From Eledone cirrhosa (Eukaryota), in the NCBI GenBank assembly GCA_964016885.1, contig OZ024742.1, forward strand, positions 39,060,001 through 39,124,000: DNA of 64,000 nt. Reading direction: 5' to 3'. The notes under the pieces were generated by a model. That model was not told where the DNA came from and searched no databases. It saw nothing but the letters and a program-made list of their open reading frames with translations. Position 1 is the stretch's first letter, and the number at the start of each line of letters is the position of its first letter. Below, piece by piece: positions 1 through 11,236 of this stretch. A program made the translations under genes and the position numbers.

Positions 1-652
1 AGGCTATGTAAAACAAAGATCGAGGATGTAAGCCACATTGTTGCCAGCTGCGAAAGAATGTCATCTCGCTACTACCTCCCCATGAGACACGATGGGATAG
101 CTAGAACCATCTGGAACGCACTTCGGAAAACAAAATTAACAACAAACGAGGAAGAATATATTGAGACAGATGGCACTAAGGAATACTGGTGGAACCTGAA
201 AATAAAAACTGCCACCAAATTAAAGCACAACCGGCCTGATATTGTAGTTTGGGACCACACATTGAAAACGTGTTCTGTTGTGGAGCTCAGCTGCCCACTT
301 GATGTAAACGTTGTCAGAAAAATACAGGAGAAGGAGGACATCTACGGACCATTGATGAGGAGTTTACAAATCCAGTATCCAAGATACACCTTTAGCTTCA
401 TACCCATCATTATTGGTGCTACGGGTTATATACCAACCCGCTTGGACCAAAGTATGACTGAACTTGGATTTGCGGACAAAAAGCGCAGCTCCCTAATTCA
501 TAGTCTACAAATGGCTGCGATAGCTGGCACCTTCAAAATTTGCAAAACATTCTTGCGATTCAAGGGATGATAATTTCTTTTCTTTTACAACCTTGCCACC
601 AGGAAGGTGGCCGGTCAAAAAAATATACTCGAAATTAAGAGAAAGAGAAAAC
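1..652 (+). mobile_element. 3' end of an R4/Dong-clade non-LTR retrotransposon (CCHC knuckle + restriction-like endonuclease), running in from the window edge
   Basis: ORF 58..570 has RHD, WWN and RPDIVV..VELSCP (PD-D/ExK-type REL) and ends FIPIIIGATG..KICKTFL. The 3' UTR runs into (CATA)n. Near-identical to 57378..58030 on the - strand. Confidence 0.9.
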
Positions 653-757
653 ATGCATACATACATACATACATACATACATACATACATACATACATAC
701 ATACATACATACATACATACATACATACATACATACATACATACGTACATACATACA
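653..757. repeat. (CATA)n microsatellite at the 3' end of the R4-like element
   Basis: Direct reading. Confidence 0.97.
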
Positions 758-855
758 ACTGGCTTCTGCACTTTCCATTCAAATATCACTCGTAAGGCAT
801 TGGATTTATATCTTTTCTACCTACTTAACATCTGACTGATAAAATGACAAGTCAG

Positions 856-1130
856 TCAATCATATTGGTGGCCTCCCACAGCCCTGGCGGACAGAACGGA
901 GAAGGCACCTCCCCGGAGGACGGCAAGGGAGACGCACCAGAAAAACCATTCCAGCTCGCGATGCCTACACCCACGGCCGACCAGCCCAGCTCCTATGGTG
1001 GCGAGTAGGGAGGCAGCCCTAGGGCCGAGGACACCAGAATTCTCCACTGCCAAGGGCACAACCACAAACCTGTCGGAGAGCGACCGGTCCCGAGGCTAGA
1101 GCAGAAGTGACTTGCACAATGTGCCACGAA
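856..1130 (-). mobile_element. Decayed 3' fragment of a CRE-like (REL) non-LTR retrotransposon
   Basis: Translates to VVPLAVENSGVLGP..SLAVLRGGAFSVL; homologous to 48590..48800. Confidence 0.6.
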
Positions 1131-1563
1131 GCGTGACTGAACCATGTGGTTGCGAAACAATGTGGTTGCGAACCATGTGGTTGCGAAACAAACTCCTTAA
1201 CCACACAGACCTGCCGGTATCTAAAAATAAATACATCATAATTTACAGGTTTAGCTTGTTTTGTTGGAGAGGGGTACAATCCTAACAGACTCATTGCCCC
1301 AGTTTACTAAACGATTTCTTTATAATTGAACAGTTTTAATCTATATAAGCTATTAACAGTAGACCGTCTATGTTTTCTAGCCGAATATGTCATTAGTGAA
1401 CAATATCTTCATACTGTTGGTAACATTTCTGTGGGGCGGCGATGGAAATCTGGCGCATCTGGTTCAAGTATTTTGTTATAATCAGAGATAACATTTCTTC
1501 TGAATCATAATATCATTGAATATTAATTCAAATTTTCTTATTAGAATCTCTGATGTACGAGCG

Positions 1564-1960
<397 letters not shown>

Positions 1961-2212
1961 ACACACATAGACACATATAAATACATAGACACATATACAT
2001 ACACTCACCAACATACATACACACACATATATATATATATATACACACACATGTACGCATATGTGAACACATAGATGTATATATATATTGGGAAAGAGAG
2101 AGGGTGTGAGAGAAAGAAGAGGAATGAACGAGAGAGAGAGAAAGAATGAAAAAGAGAGAGGGAGTGAGAGAAGGAGAGAAAGAGAGAGATAGATAGATAG
2201 ATAGATAGCTAG

Positions 2213-2286
<74 letters not shown>

Positions 2287-2343
2287 ATAGTGAGCAAGAA
2301 GTAGAGAGAGGGATTGAGAGAGAGGGTAATTGAGAGAGCGGAA

Positions 2344-2412
<69 letters not shown>

Positions 2413-2415
<3 letters not shown>

Positions 2416-2618
2416 TTTTAATATAGATGAGATTCTACAGGACTAGAACTGTTTCATTCTTTAGAAATCATCAGGAATCAGATGATTTCTAAAGATGATT
2501 TCTAAAGAATGAAACAGTTCTAGTCCTGTAGAATCTCATCTATATTAAAACTTTTATACTCTGCTATGTATTGAGTACCTTACTTACTGTGGTTACCTCC
2601 GATTCAACCCGGAATAAC

Positions 2619-2620
<2 letters not shown>
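2413..2620 (+). mobile_element. Short fold-back element in (TA)n, family A (other copies about 20597..20737, 34330..34475, 43118..43270)
   Basis: About 60 bp inverted repeat (2414..2472 vs 2494..2552), then the tail tactctgctatgtattgagtacc..; (TA)n on both sides. Confidence 0.8.
2431..2479 (-). ncRNA. Type I hammerhead ribozyme (family A)
   Basis: Minus strand reads gattc-CTGATGA-t ttc taaa gaa t-GAAA-CAG ttctagtc CTG-TA-gaatc. Stems I, II and III all pair; cleavage triplet GUA. Confidence 0.7.
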
Positions 2621-2689
<69 letters not shown>

Positions 2690-2836
2690 TATATAGTAAT
2701 AATAATAAATGTGAAGACTAAATATATATATATATTTCTTAGAGGTATTTTGTTGTAAGAGACTATTTTGAGTTCCTAACTCAATATATACATTTAATAT
2801 ATATATATACATACATACATACATACATACATACAT

Positions 2837-2883
<47 letters not shown>

Positions 2884-2942
2884 TAGATTAAAGTTTAAGC
2901 AAAGAATCGCTGCTTTATTACTATATATATATATATATATAT

Positions 2943-3390
2943 ATGGTGGCTGCCAACTCGTTTTCGAGTACGGCCACTACTTTATATCCATGTAGGAGAA
3001 TCCCTACCGATGCGCTGAACGAGTGTTACTTTTTAGTCCAGCCAGTGACTTGAAAACTCTGGTACAAACATTACACCTGTAACAATTATTAACACATAGT
3101 GCTGGGCCCATGGTACCATGTGAGGACAAGTGCAGAGAGATCTCCAGATATAAAGCAATGCCTGTGCCGTGAAGCTTTTATAGTGAGCAAAGGCACTGCA
3201 CAAAGCCAGTCCCACTCTCTTAATCAAGATGATATTTACCAAAAAGAAGAACAAGTCAACATCATTGGATACCATCAGGGTTGCAGGTGTTATATCAGAG
3301 TTTTCCTTCTCCTAGAATTCTGCCTTAACAAAGGCTAAGGGGTCATCTCTCCCGGAGAATTCTGCCTTAACAAAGGCTAAGGGGTCATCT
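2943..3390 (-). mobile_element. Non-autonomous RTE derivative, 5'-truncated copy
   Basis: Closely similar to 3818..4230. Confidence 0.7.
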
Positions 3391-3817
3391 CATACATACA
3401 TACATACATATATATATACATACATACATACATATATATATATATACATACATATATATATATACATACATATATATATATACATACATATATATATATA
3501 TAAATATATACATATATATATATACACATATACATATATATATATATATATATACATACATTCATACATAAATACATATATACATACATATATATATACA
3601 TACATATATACATACATATATATATACATACATATATACATACATATATATATATACATACATATATATATACATACATATATATATACATACATATATA
3701 TATACATACATATATATATACATACATATATATATACATACATACATATATACATACATACATATATACATACATATATATATACATACATATATATATA
3801 CATACATATATATATAC

Positions 3818-4430
3818 ATGGTGGCTGCCAACTCGTTTTCGAGTACGGCCACTACTTTATATCCATGTAGGAGAACCCCTACCAATGCGCTGAACGAATG
3901 TGACTTTTTAGTCCAGCCAGCGACTTGAAAACTCTGGTACAAACACTACACTTGTGACAATTATTGACACATAGTGCTGGGCCCATGGTACCATGTGACG
4001 ACAAGTGCAGAGAGATCTCCAGATATAAAGCAATGCCTGTGCTGTGAAGCTTTTATAGTGAGCAAAGGCACTGCACAAAGCCAGTCCCACTCTCTTAACC
4101 AAGATGATATTTACCAAAAAGAAGAACAATTCAACATCATTGGATACCATCAGGGTTGCAGGTGTTATATCAGAGTTTTCCTTCTCCTAGAATTCTGCCT
4201 TGACAAAGGCTAAGGGGGTCATCTCTCCCGGTGATTTTGGATGGCTATTGACTCTTAAGAGCCTCTTTGCCTTTTGACAGGTTTTGTTTTTAGTCCTGCA
4301 GGATGTCCAAAGCCACCCTCCTCACCAAGAAACCTTGGTGGGGTTGCCAGTTTAGTCGCCAACGACCCGACCATGAGACAGGTTGTACTGGGATACATGT
4401 TACCAGTAGCACCAACTGGTGACCTGACAC
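3818..4430 (-). mobile_element. Bipartite non-autonomous RTE derivative (RTE 5' UTR + RTE 3' end)
   Basis: The 5' part (ctaggagaagg..ctctgatata..gagagtgggactggct) matches the region upstream of the RTE ORF at 62810..63020. The 3' part encodes [25 protein letters not shown], like the RTE C2H2 finger at the end of ORF 55614..56051. It ends in the tail ggccgtactcgaaaacgagttggcagccacc. Confidence 0.75.
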
Positions 4431-4502
4431 AATATATATATATATGTATGTATGTATATATATATACATACATACATACATACATATATATATATTTATA
4501 TA

Positions 4503-4560
<58 letters not shown>

Positions 4561-4630
4561 TATATATATATATGTATGTATGTATATATATATACATACA
4601 TACATACATACATATATATATATTTATATA

Positions 4631-4695
<65 letters not shown>

Positions 4696-5009
4696 TCGGA
4701 GAGAGAATCATATCTGTTAGAGTTGCTTGATAACTCTTTCAACACTACACTTAATAGGATTCAGGTTTTCAAGTACTTTTACACGTTAGAAATCATAACA
4801 TTATTGACTAGGACGCTGCATCTAACTTTGTAGCTTTTCATAGTTGCATACAATTTAGAAGTCTTAGTCTTAATTATATTTTACCTTTCGTAATTTATCA
4901 TCTTCCGGATTGGACATGCGTGAAAAATTTCAGTTCTTGTGAAACACCAGAATTAATGAATTTTTTTTATCTAGCATCAGCCATAAGAATAATATGTCAT
5001 AATGTCATA

Positions 5010-5040
<31 letters not shown>

Positions 5041-5342
5041 GAACGATTCCAACCGTGACTAATCCCACTGAAAAGTTTCGTGAAATAGTCTTTTTAAGAC
5101 TATATAGAGCATTTGTAGTTTTTCCAAATTGAAGGATGAGTATTTAACCTTATTTTTATTCTGAGTTAAGACTCTATTGGTTTTGTTCCCTGGATTTCAC
5201 AAAATCTGTGGATAAATTTCTGTCTTGATTTTTTTTTTTGATTGAGTTTGAATTATTTTCCCATATTTTACGTTAAATATTTTCCATCTTGACGTTATAG
5301 TCACTTATATATTATGAAATACTGTTGGCTTCTTGCTCACAT

Positions 5343-5957
<615 letters not shown>

Positions 5958-6067
5958 ATATATATTTATATATATATAATTGTTTCTACTTTTGGCACAA
6001 GGCCAGCAATTACTCAGTGTATTACTGGTACTTTATTTTATCGACCCCGTAAGGATGAAAGGCAAAG

Positions 6068-6101
<34 letters not shown>

Positions 6102-6104
<3 letters not shown>

Positions 6105-6296
6105 GAAGGAAGTGTAGTAAGGAATCAGGTGGACCATAACGCACCAGGGTACTCGATACTTTGGGTAGTAGAGTGGATAATAGGAAAAGGTTCACGACCC
6201 CGCCGGCAGAGCTCAAGCCGTTTCGATGGCTATTTCTGACTCCAGAAATAGCCGTCGAAACGGCTTGAGCTCTGCCGTCAGGGTCCTGAACATTTT

Positions 6297-6299
<3 letters not shown>
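6102..6299 (-). mobile_element. Family B fold-back element (Penelope 3' end derivative); other copies 29757..29915, 43334..43445, 54010..54205, 55502..55548; related B' at 6350..6521 and 42093..42140
   Basis: Matches 22482..22618. Contains GAAA-CGGC..GCCG-TC (hammerhead stem III) and an inversion centred on tatttctgactccagaaata; (TA)n flanks. Confidence 0.8.
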
Positions 6300-6350
<51 letters not shown>

Positions 6351-6528
6351 AATGAGTCAGGAACCCGACGACGGCTGACCTGCCGTTTCAACAGCTAGTT
6401 CCTGATTCAGTCTGGAACTAGCTGTTGAAACGGCAGGAGCTCAGCCGTTGGTGTCCTGCCTCATTCATATGACAATGCCCAAGTATCGAGCATTTTGGTG
6501 AGTAATGGTCTAACCATCCTGATATATA

Positions 6529-6569
<41 letters not shown>

Positions 6570-8156
6570 GATGATAATAATAATAATGGTTTCTTTATAA
6601 TAATACAAGGACGATTTGTTAAGCCTTCATTACGTTTATTGATTGGTGACGCCCGTTTCGCTATTGATCAACTCGAGGTTCGATCTGTATCGATCTTCGT
6701 AGCAGTCCACCTGTTGCTTGATGGTCGTGTGAATACTTTCGTTGTTTGTGTGTTTCGTGGAGATGTCCACGAAGTTTTCTGTAGCATTTCATAATAGTTA
6801 CTGTACACTTGTTAAAATGGGTAACTTTCAACTTCTTTGATATGTGATAACATTTTCATATTGATTGCTCCAGAGATGTCAGGGTTAGGAATACTTCCTA
6901 ATAACAAATTCATTGGAAAACTTCGGAATTTTTAATTTTCTTCACATCAAACATGTCTGAATCGATAATTAGAAACGATGCTTTCCATGCTTTTTTGATT
7001 GTGAATATTCTCAGTTTTCACTACACCGGACACATGTAAATTAAAAAAACACTAGAAATTCTAATTTTCATGGCCCTCGGATATATCAGAATTGGCCTTT
7101 TTTGGCTTATCAACATTGAAATGTTTTACAATTTTATTAATCTATGATCATTTATAACTTGAAAATATCTCAGAATTTCTATTACTGTGGCTCCAGGGCA
7201 TACTGGAATGGATTATTTTAATGACACCAAATCAGAGAGAATTCTTTCATATGTAAAACAACTCTGATCAACAGCTATGACCCTGCTCAGTTAGTATTTG
7301 TATATTTTAAGATTACCGTTGTGTAAACATATCCAGCTTTTATACTCTTTGTCCTATCTGAATTAATTACCTTTGGTTTACAGTATTTGTGACATTTGAT
7401 AATTTTTAATTTATCTTTATATTCCTTTGCGTTTTTGAAAGTAAATATTTCCAATACTGTAAATACATCGAAATCACAAGTTTTTATGTGGATCTACAAC
7501 ATGTAATTTATCAATTTGGCCGCCAGAAATATTTTAGAATTAAATGATTTCTGAAATACAAGGATTTAAAAGATGTCAATATATTATAACTGCTGTAAAA
7601 ACTAACTGAAGTTTTTACCTAAGAACCCTCAAATGGCCACTTTTGTTTACTGTTTAATTAGAAAAAGGACAGGGCGCATGATTATATTTTTCAAAAGCTT
7701 CAGAGTATGGTAGAATAAAAGAAAGAAGTTATTTTCAAACCGGAGACCTACTTTGAATAATTAAAATAAAGTGGACTCATCCAAAGGTACCAAAAGGCCG
7801 GGTGTTAGATTTAGATTTAAACAGAACGACAGATTAAGTCTAACACTGAAGAACTCAGGCAAAAGTCAAAATAAATACCTTAAAGCAGCTTGTCCAATGC
7901 TCTGACAATCCAACTAATCCTCACTCTATAACTGGTCCTTCATTTTATCAACCACGAAGAGGAAAGACAAAATCGACCCGGACGAGATTTAAATTCAGAA
8001 CGCAGAGAACCAGAGAAATATTGCAAGGTATTCTATCGTACACTCCAACAACTTTGTTAATTGGGAAACCCCAGTTTTTACGGATCCTTAAAGCAACTAA
8101 ACATATTTATATTCGACAAGTTCTTTGGGATTTTGTTTCGATTATTAATGTACTTA

Positions 8157-8345
8157 GCGGTGGATTGGCAGTATCGGTAGAGGGTCAGACGCCAGGCTTT
8201 GCAGAATAGAGTTATGGCTCTTTACGGTCTGAGTTCAAATCCCGCCGAGGTTAACTTTGCCTTTCATCCTTACGGGGTCGATAAAATAAAGTACCAGTAA
8301 TACACTGGGGTAATTGCTGGCCTTGTGCCAAAAGTAGAAACAATT
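8157..8345 (+). mobile_element. tRNA-derived SINE family 1 (other copies: + 50772..50960; - 44815..45006, 44585..44800, 49775..49945, 49686..49760, 62320..62470, 5978..6068)
   Basis: A-box tggcagtatcgg, B-box gagttcaaatccc, central ctttcatccttacggggtcgataaaataaagtaccag. 18 bp TSD attattaatgYacttagc at 8141..8158 and 8343..8360. Confidence 0.88.
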
Positions 8346-9144
8346 ATTAATGCACTTAGCTTTACTCTTTTCAGTGGATTTTGAATTTTGACCCAAAATA
8401 ATTTCTACGATAGTTCTTTGATAAATTAACATTTTCAATCTTGATGATATCACCGAGGTATCGATAATTCAAATATTGAGAATTTTCAGAATATTTCAAT
8501 TTCTAATGATATCCTGTTCAACCGTGAGAATATATCAGAATTACCATTTTAAACATTCATGTTATAAAATATTCCGAAATTTGAAATATGTTCATATATC
8601 TATTTCTGTGAGAATTAGTATATATCATGATCTCAGACAGGGATTAAGACTGGAAATTCAATCACCCGTTTTCTAGGTAAATTGGTATTACTGGAATTCT
8701 TTGAATTCTAATAATATTTCTAATTAGATAACTGCGGTACAGTTGGAATTTAAATTCTCATGAGTACAAATACATTATAATCTCTAGTTTTCACGGCCAT
8801 ATATTTGCGGGAATTAATAACTCTGCTTGCTCAGTATCTATCTGCTAGTTCATAAATAACCTAAAGTACTTAATGCTTAGAATTTTTCAAATTTGTTGAT
8901 TCTACAGTATTTGAATTTTTATTATAAAAGTGTTTGTATAATAATTTATAGAGTTTACGACGCAAAATTTAATAGTATTGATCCGATTCATAACATTTAC
9001 GATGATTTTAAAGCTGCTCAATTTTCTTGCTATACATTTCTTAGAATTATTTCGTATTTTACCTTAATTATTGCGGTTATTTGAAATGTATACATTTACA
9101 TAGAATTCTCTAAATTGGTCAGAACCATTGTTGTTAAAACTAAA

Positions 9145-9145
<1 letters not shown>

Positions 9146-9221
<76 letters not shown>
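9146..9221. repeat. (TATC)n microsatellite at the 5' flank of Tx1 copy 1
   Basis: Direct reading. Confidence 0.97.
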
Positions 9222-9430
9222 CTGGGATGGACACACGCGTATAACTTGCTGAGTAAGTTTTGTTTAAATTTCTATAGAAATTCTTGTCTGATAACTTTAA
9301 TTTTTGTACCATTTTGTAGAGGGACTGCCAGGTCAAACTTTGATCTGGTCAGTCTCTCAAAATATTCTACGCCTTTAGGCGAAATAGTTAAAAAAAGTTT
9401 TTTCTTGTTGAAAAGTCAATATTTTTTTAA

Positions 9431-11212
9431 ATGGCCGAAGCTTCTTCACCAAAATTCGAAGGAGGAAAGGGGAAGATGAACTTACAGCTTCCCCCTGCCA
9501 CTGTCACAGTAGCAGAGGTCAAGAAGATAGGTCAGCCAGAGGAAGAATTCTCTCCACCTGTTAACCGACAACTTGACGTTACCATGGCAACAACCCAAAG
9601 AACCAACAGCAACAACAACAACAATGCGACGGTAGAAAACAACACCAATAACAATAACAATAACAACAACAAGACCAATAACGGTGACAACAACAACAAT
9701 GATAACAACAACACCACCAACGACAACAACAACACAAACAAACAAAATTTCTCCTTCGCCGAGACGACAAGGAAAACCCTCGACTATCTGCCAGTAGATA
9801 TAACAAAAGCGAAGGAGCTACTGGCGGATGCGAAAAAATATATAGTGTACGGGGAAAATGGTTCATTCACAATCCATTCCCCCCCGGAACTAAAAAGCCA
9901 GAGACTCCTAAACACGGTCATGTTTAGGACAATCTCGAACAAAAGTAAAAAACCAGCTCAACCATCACAGAGCGAGATAGAGCTGGTTTTAAAAGACGTC
10001 ATGAAGGACATCACCTTCATTCAGAAGGATAGACTCTACGGGAGTCTATCCATTCTCATGAAGGACAGGGACACAGCAGTGAAACTGTCCATCAAACCAA
10101 TCACATCCACCGCATACACCTTCTACCCTACGTACATGGGTAGAAGAACACAAAAAATAAAAATCCACACCATCCTGCCGATTATGGACATATGGTGGGT
10201 TTTGACAGGTTTTCTGGACCTGGAGGATGACATGCTGGTGTCCATGGGAAAGGCATCGGGTGACGCGTTCAGTGGAACGAGCCTCGAACTTGTAGTTCAA
10301 ATGAGGCCCGAAAGGATCGCCCAGATCCCTGAACGCGTCATACTGGATGATCTAACCTTCATCAACATTACCGTTGAGGGTAGACGGCCCTCGTGTTACC
10401 TCTGCGGAACCAGAGGTCACCTGAGGGCTGTCTGTCCCCAACTTAATAAGAAAACCCCAATCCTGCCTACACCACCAACAACTGCACAACCAACACAATC
10501 ACCACAACAACCACTACAAAAACAACCACCACAGCTCAAACCAAAACAAAACAATGTCCAACCCATCCCCTCCACTCAAAAAACAAAAACAATTTCCAAA
10601 ACACCCGTACCGCAAACACAACCCGAAAATATACCCCTCCCCTCCAACGCGGAAGATGACCCTAGTTCGTCGTCAGACGAGGAGGAGCACTTCCACACAA
10701 TCAAAAGAAAAAAAAGAAAACACACCTCAGACACACAAATGAAAAAAACCCCTCCCCAAAACATAACACTGACACCAACACAAAAGAGCTCACAACAGCA
10801 AACAAAAAACACCACACAAAAACAAAAACATGCATACACATACATAAATACAAGAAACAAAAAACTGTTAAACATTGTGTACAACAACAATCTAATAAAA
10901 ACACAAGGGCCTAACTTCACCCAGGCAGGGGATTTCCCCCACCTCAAAATGATTAAGGCCCCACAGGACACCTATAAAACTTTAAAAAACAATTTTAAAG
11001 AGGACGTGGGTCCCCCCTGCGTCGGGCCCATTAACCGAGTCCTCCTAAAAAACTATCCCACCCCCTCCCCAAACACCCTCACAACTCCAAGCTCCCCAAC
11101 CACACAACACACTGATGCCCCCACACTTCCACAAACCACCACCCCACCCAACAACCCATCCCCCACCCTAATGGAAATTGTGCAGCCCGATACCCGGGAC
11201 GCAGAGAGGTAA
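9431..11212 (+). CDS. Tx1-type ORF1p (gag-like nucleic-acid-binding protein), 593 aa
   Basis: CYLCGTRGHLRAVC zinc knuckle, SFAE motif, Asn-rich N-terminus and Pro/Thr/Gln-rich C-terminus; directly upstream of ORF2. Confidence 0.88.
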   Translation: MAEASSPKFEGGKGKMNLQLPPATVTVAEVKKIGQPEEEFSPPVNRQLDVTMATTQRTNSNNNNNATVENNTNNNNNNNNKTNNGDNNNNDNNNTTNDNNNTNKQNFSFAETTRKTLDYLPVDITKAKELLADAKKYIVYGENGSFTIHSPPELKSQRLLNTVMFRTISNKSKKPAQPSQSEIELVLKDVMKDITFIQKDRLYGSLSILMKDRDTAVKLSIKPITSTAYTFYPTYMGRRTQKIKIHTILPIMDIWWVLTGFLDLEDDMLVSMGKASGDAFSGTSLELVVQMRPERIAQIPERVILDDLTFINITVEGRRPSCYLCGTRGHLRAVCPQLNKKTPILPTPPTTAQPTQSPQQPLQKQPPQLKPKQNNVQPIPSTQKTKTISKTPVPQTQPENIPLPSNAEDDPSSSSDEEEHFHTIKRKKRKHTSDTQMKKTPPQNITLTPTQKSSQQQTKNTTQKQKHAYTYINTRNKKLLNIVYNNNLIKTQGPNFTQAGDFPHLKMIKAPQDTYKTLKNNFKEDVGPPCVGPINRVLLKNYPTPSPNTLTTPSSPTTQHTDAPTLPQTTTPPNNPSPTLMEIVQPDTRDAER

Positions 11213-11236
11213 GTGCCTTTTCTCTTCACCACCAAC

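Noticed and set aside
2413-2552. Fold-back elements as MITEs or miRNA hairpins
   Set aside because: The inverted arms are not terminal on both sides, vary in length between copies and carry a one-sided tail, which fits PLE-type inversion.
6590-6790. Minus-strand 50-codon frame ending before AATAAA and (ATT)n as a host terminal exon
   Set aside because: There is an upstream in-frame stop and no clear acceptor. More likely an unclassified LINE 3' end; not supportable either way.
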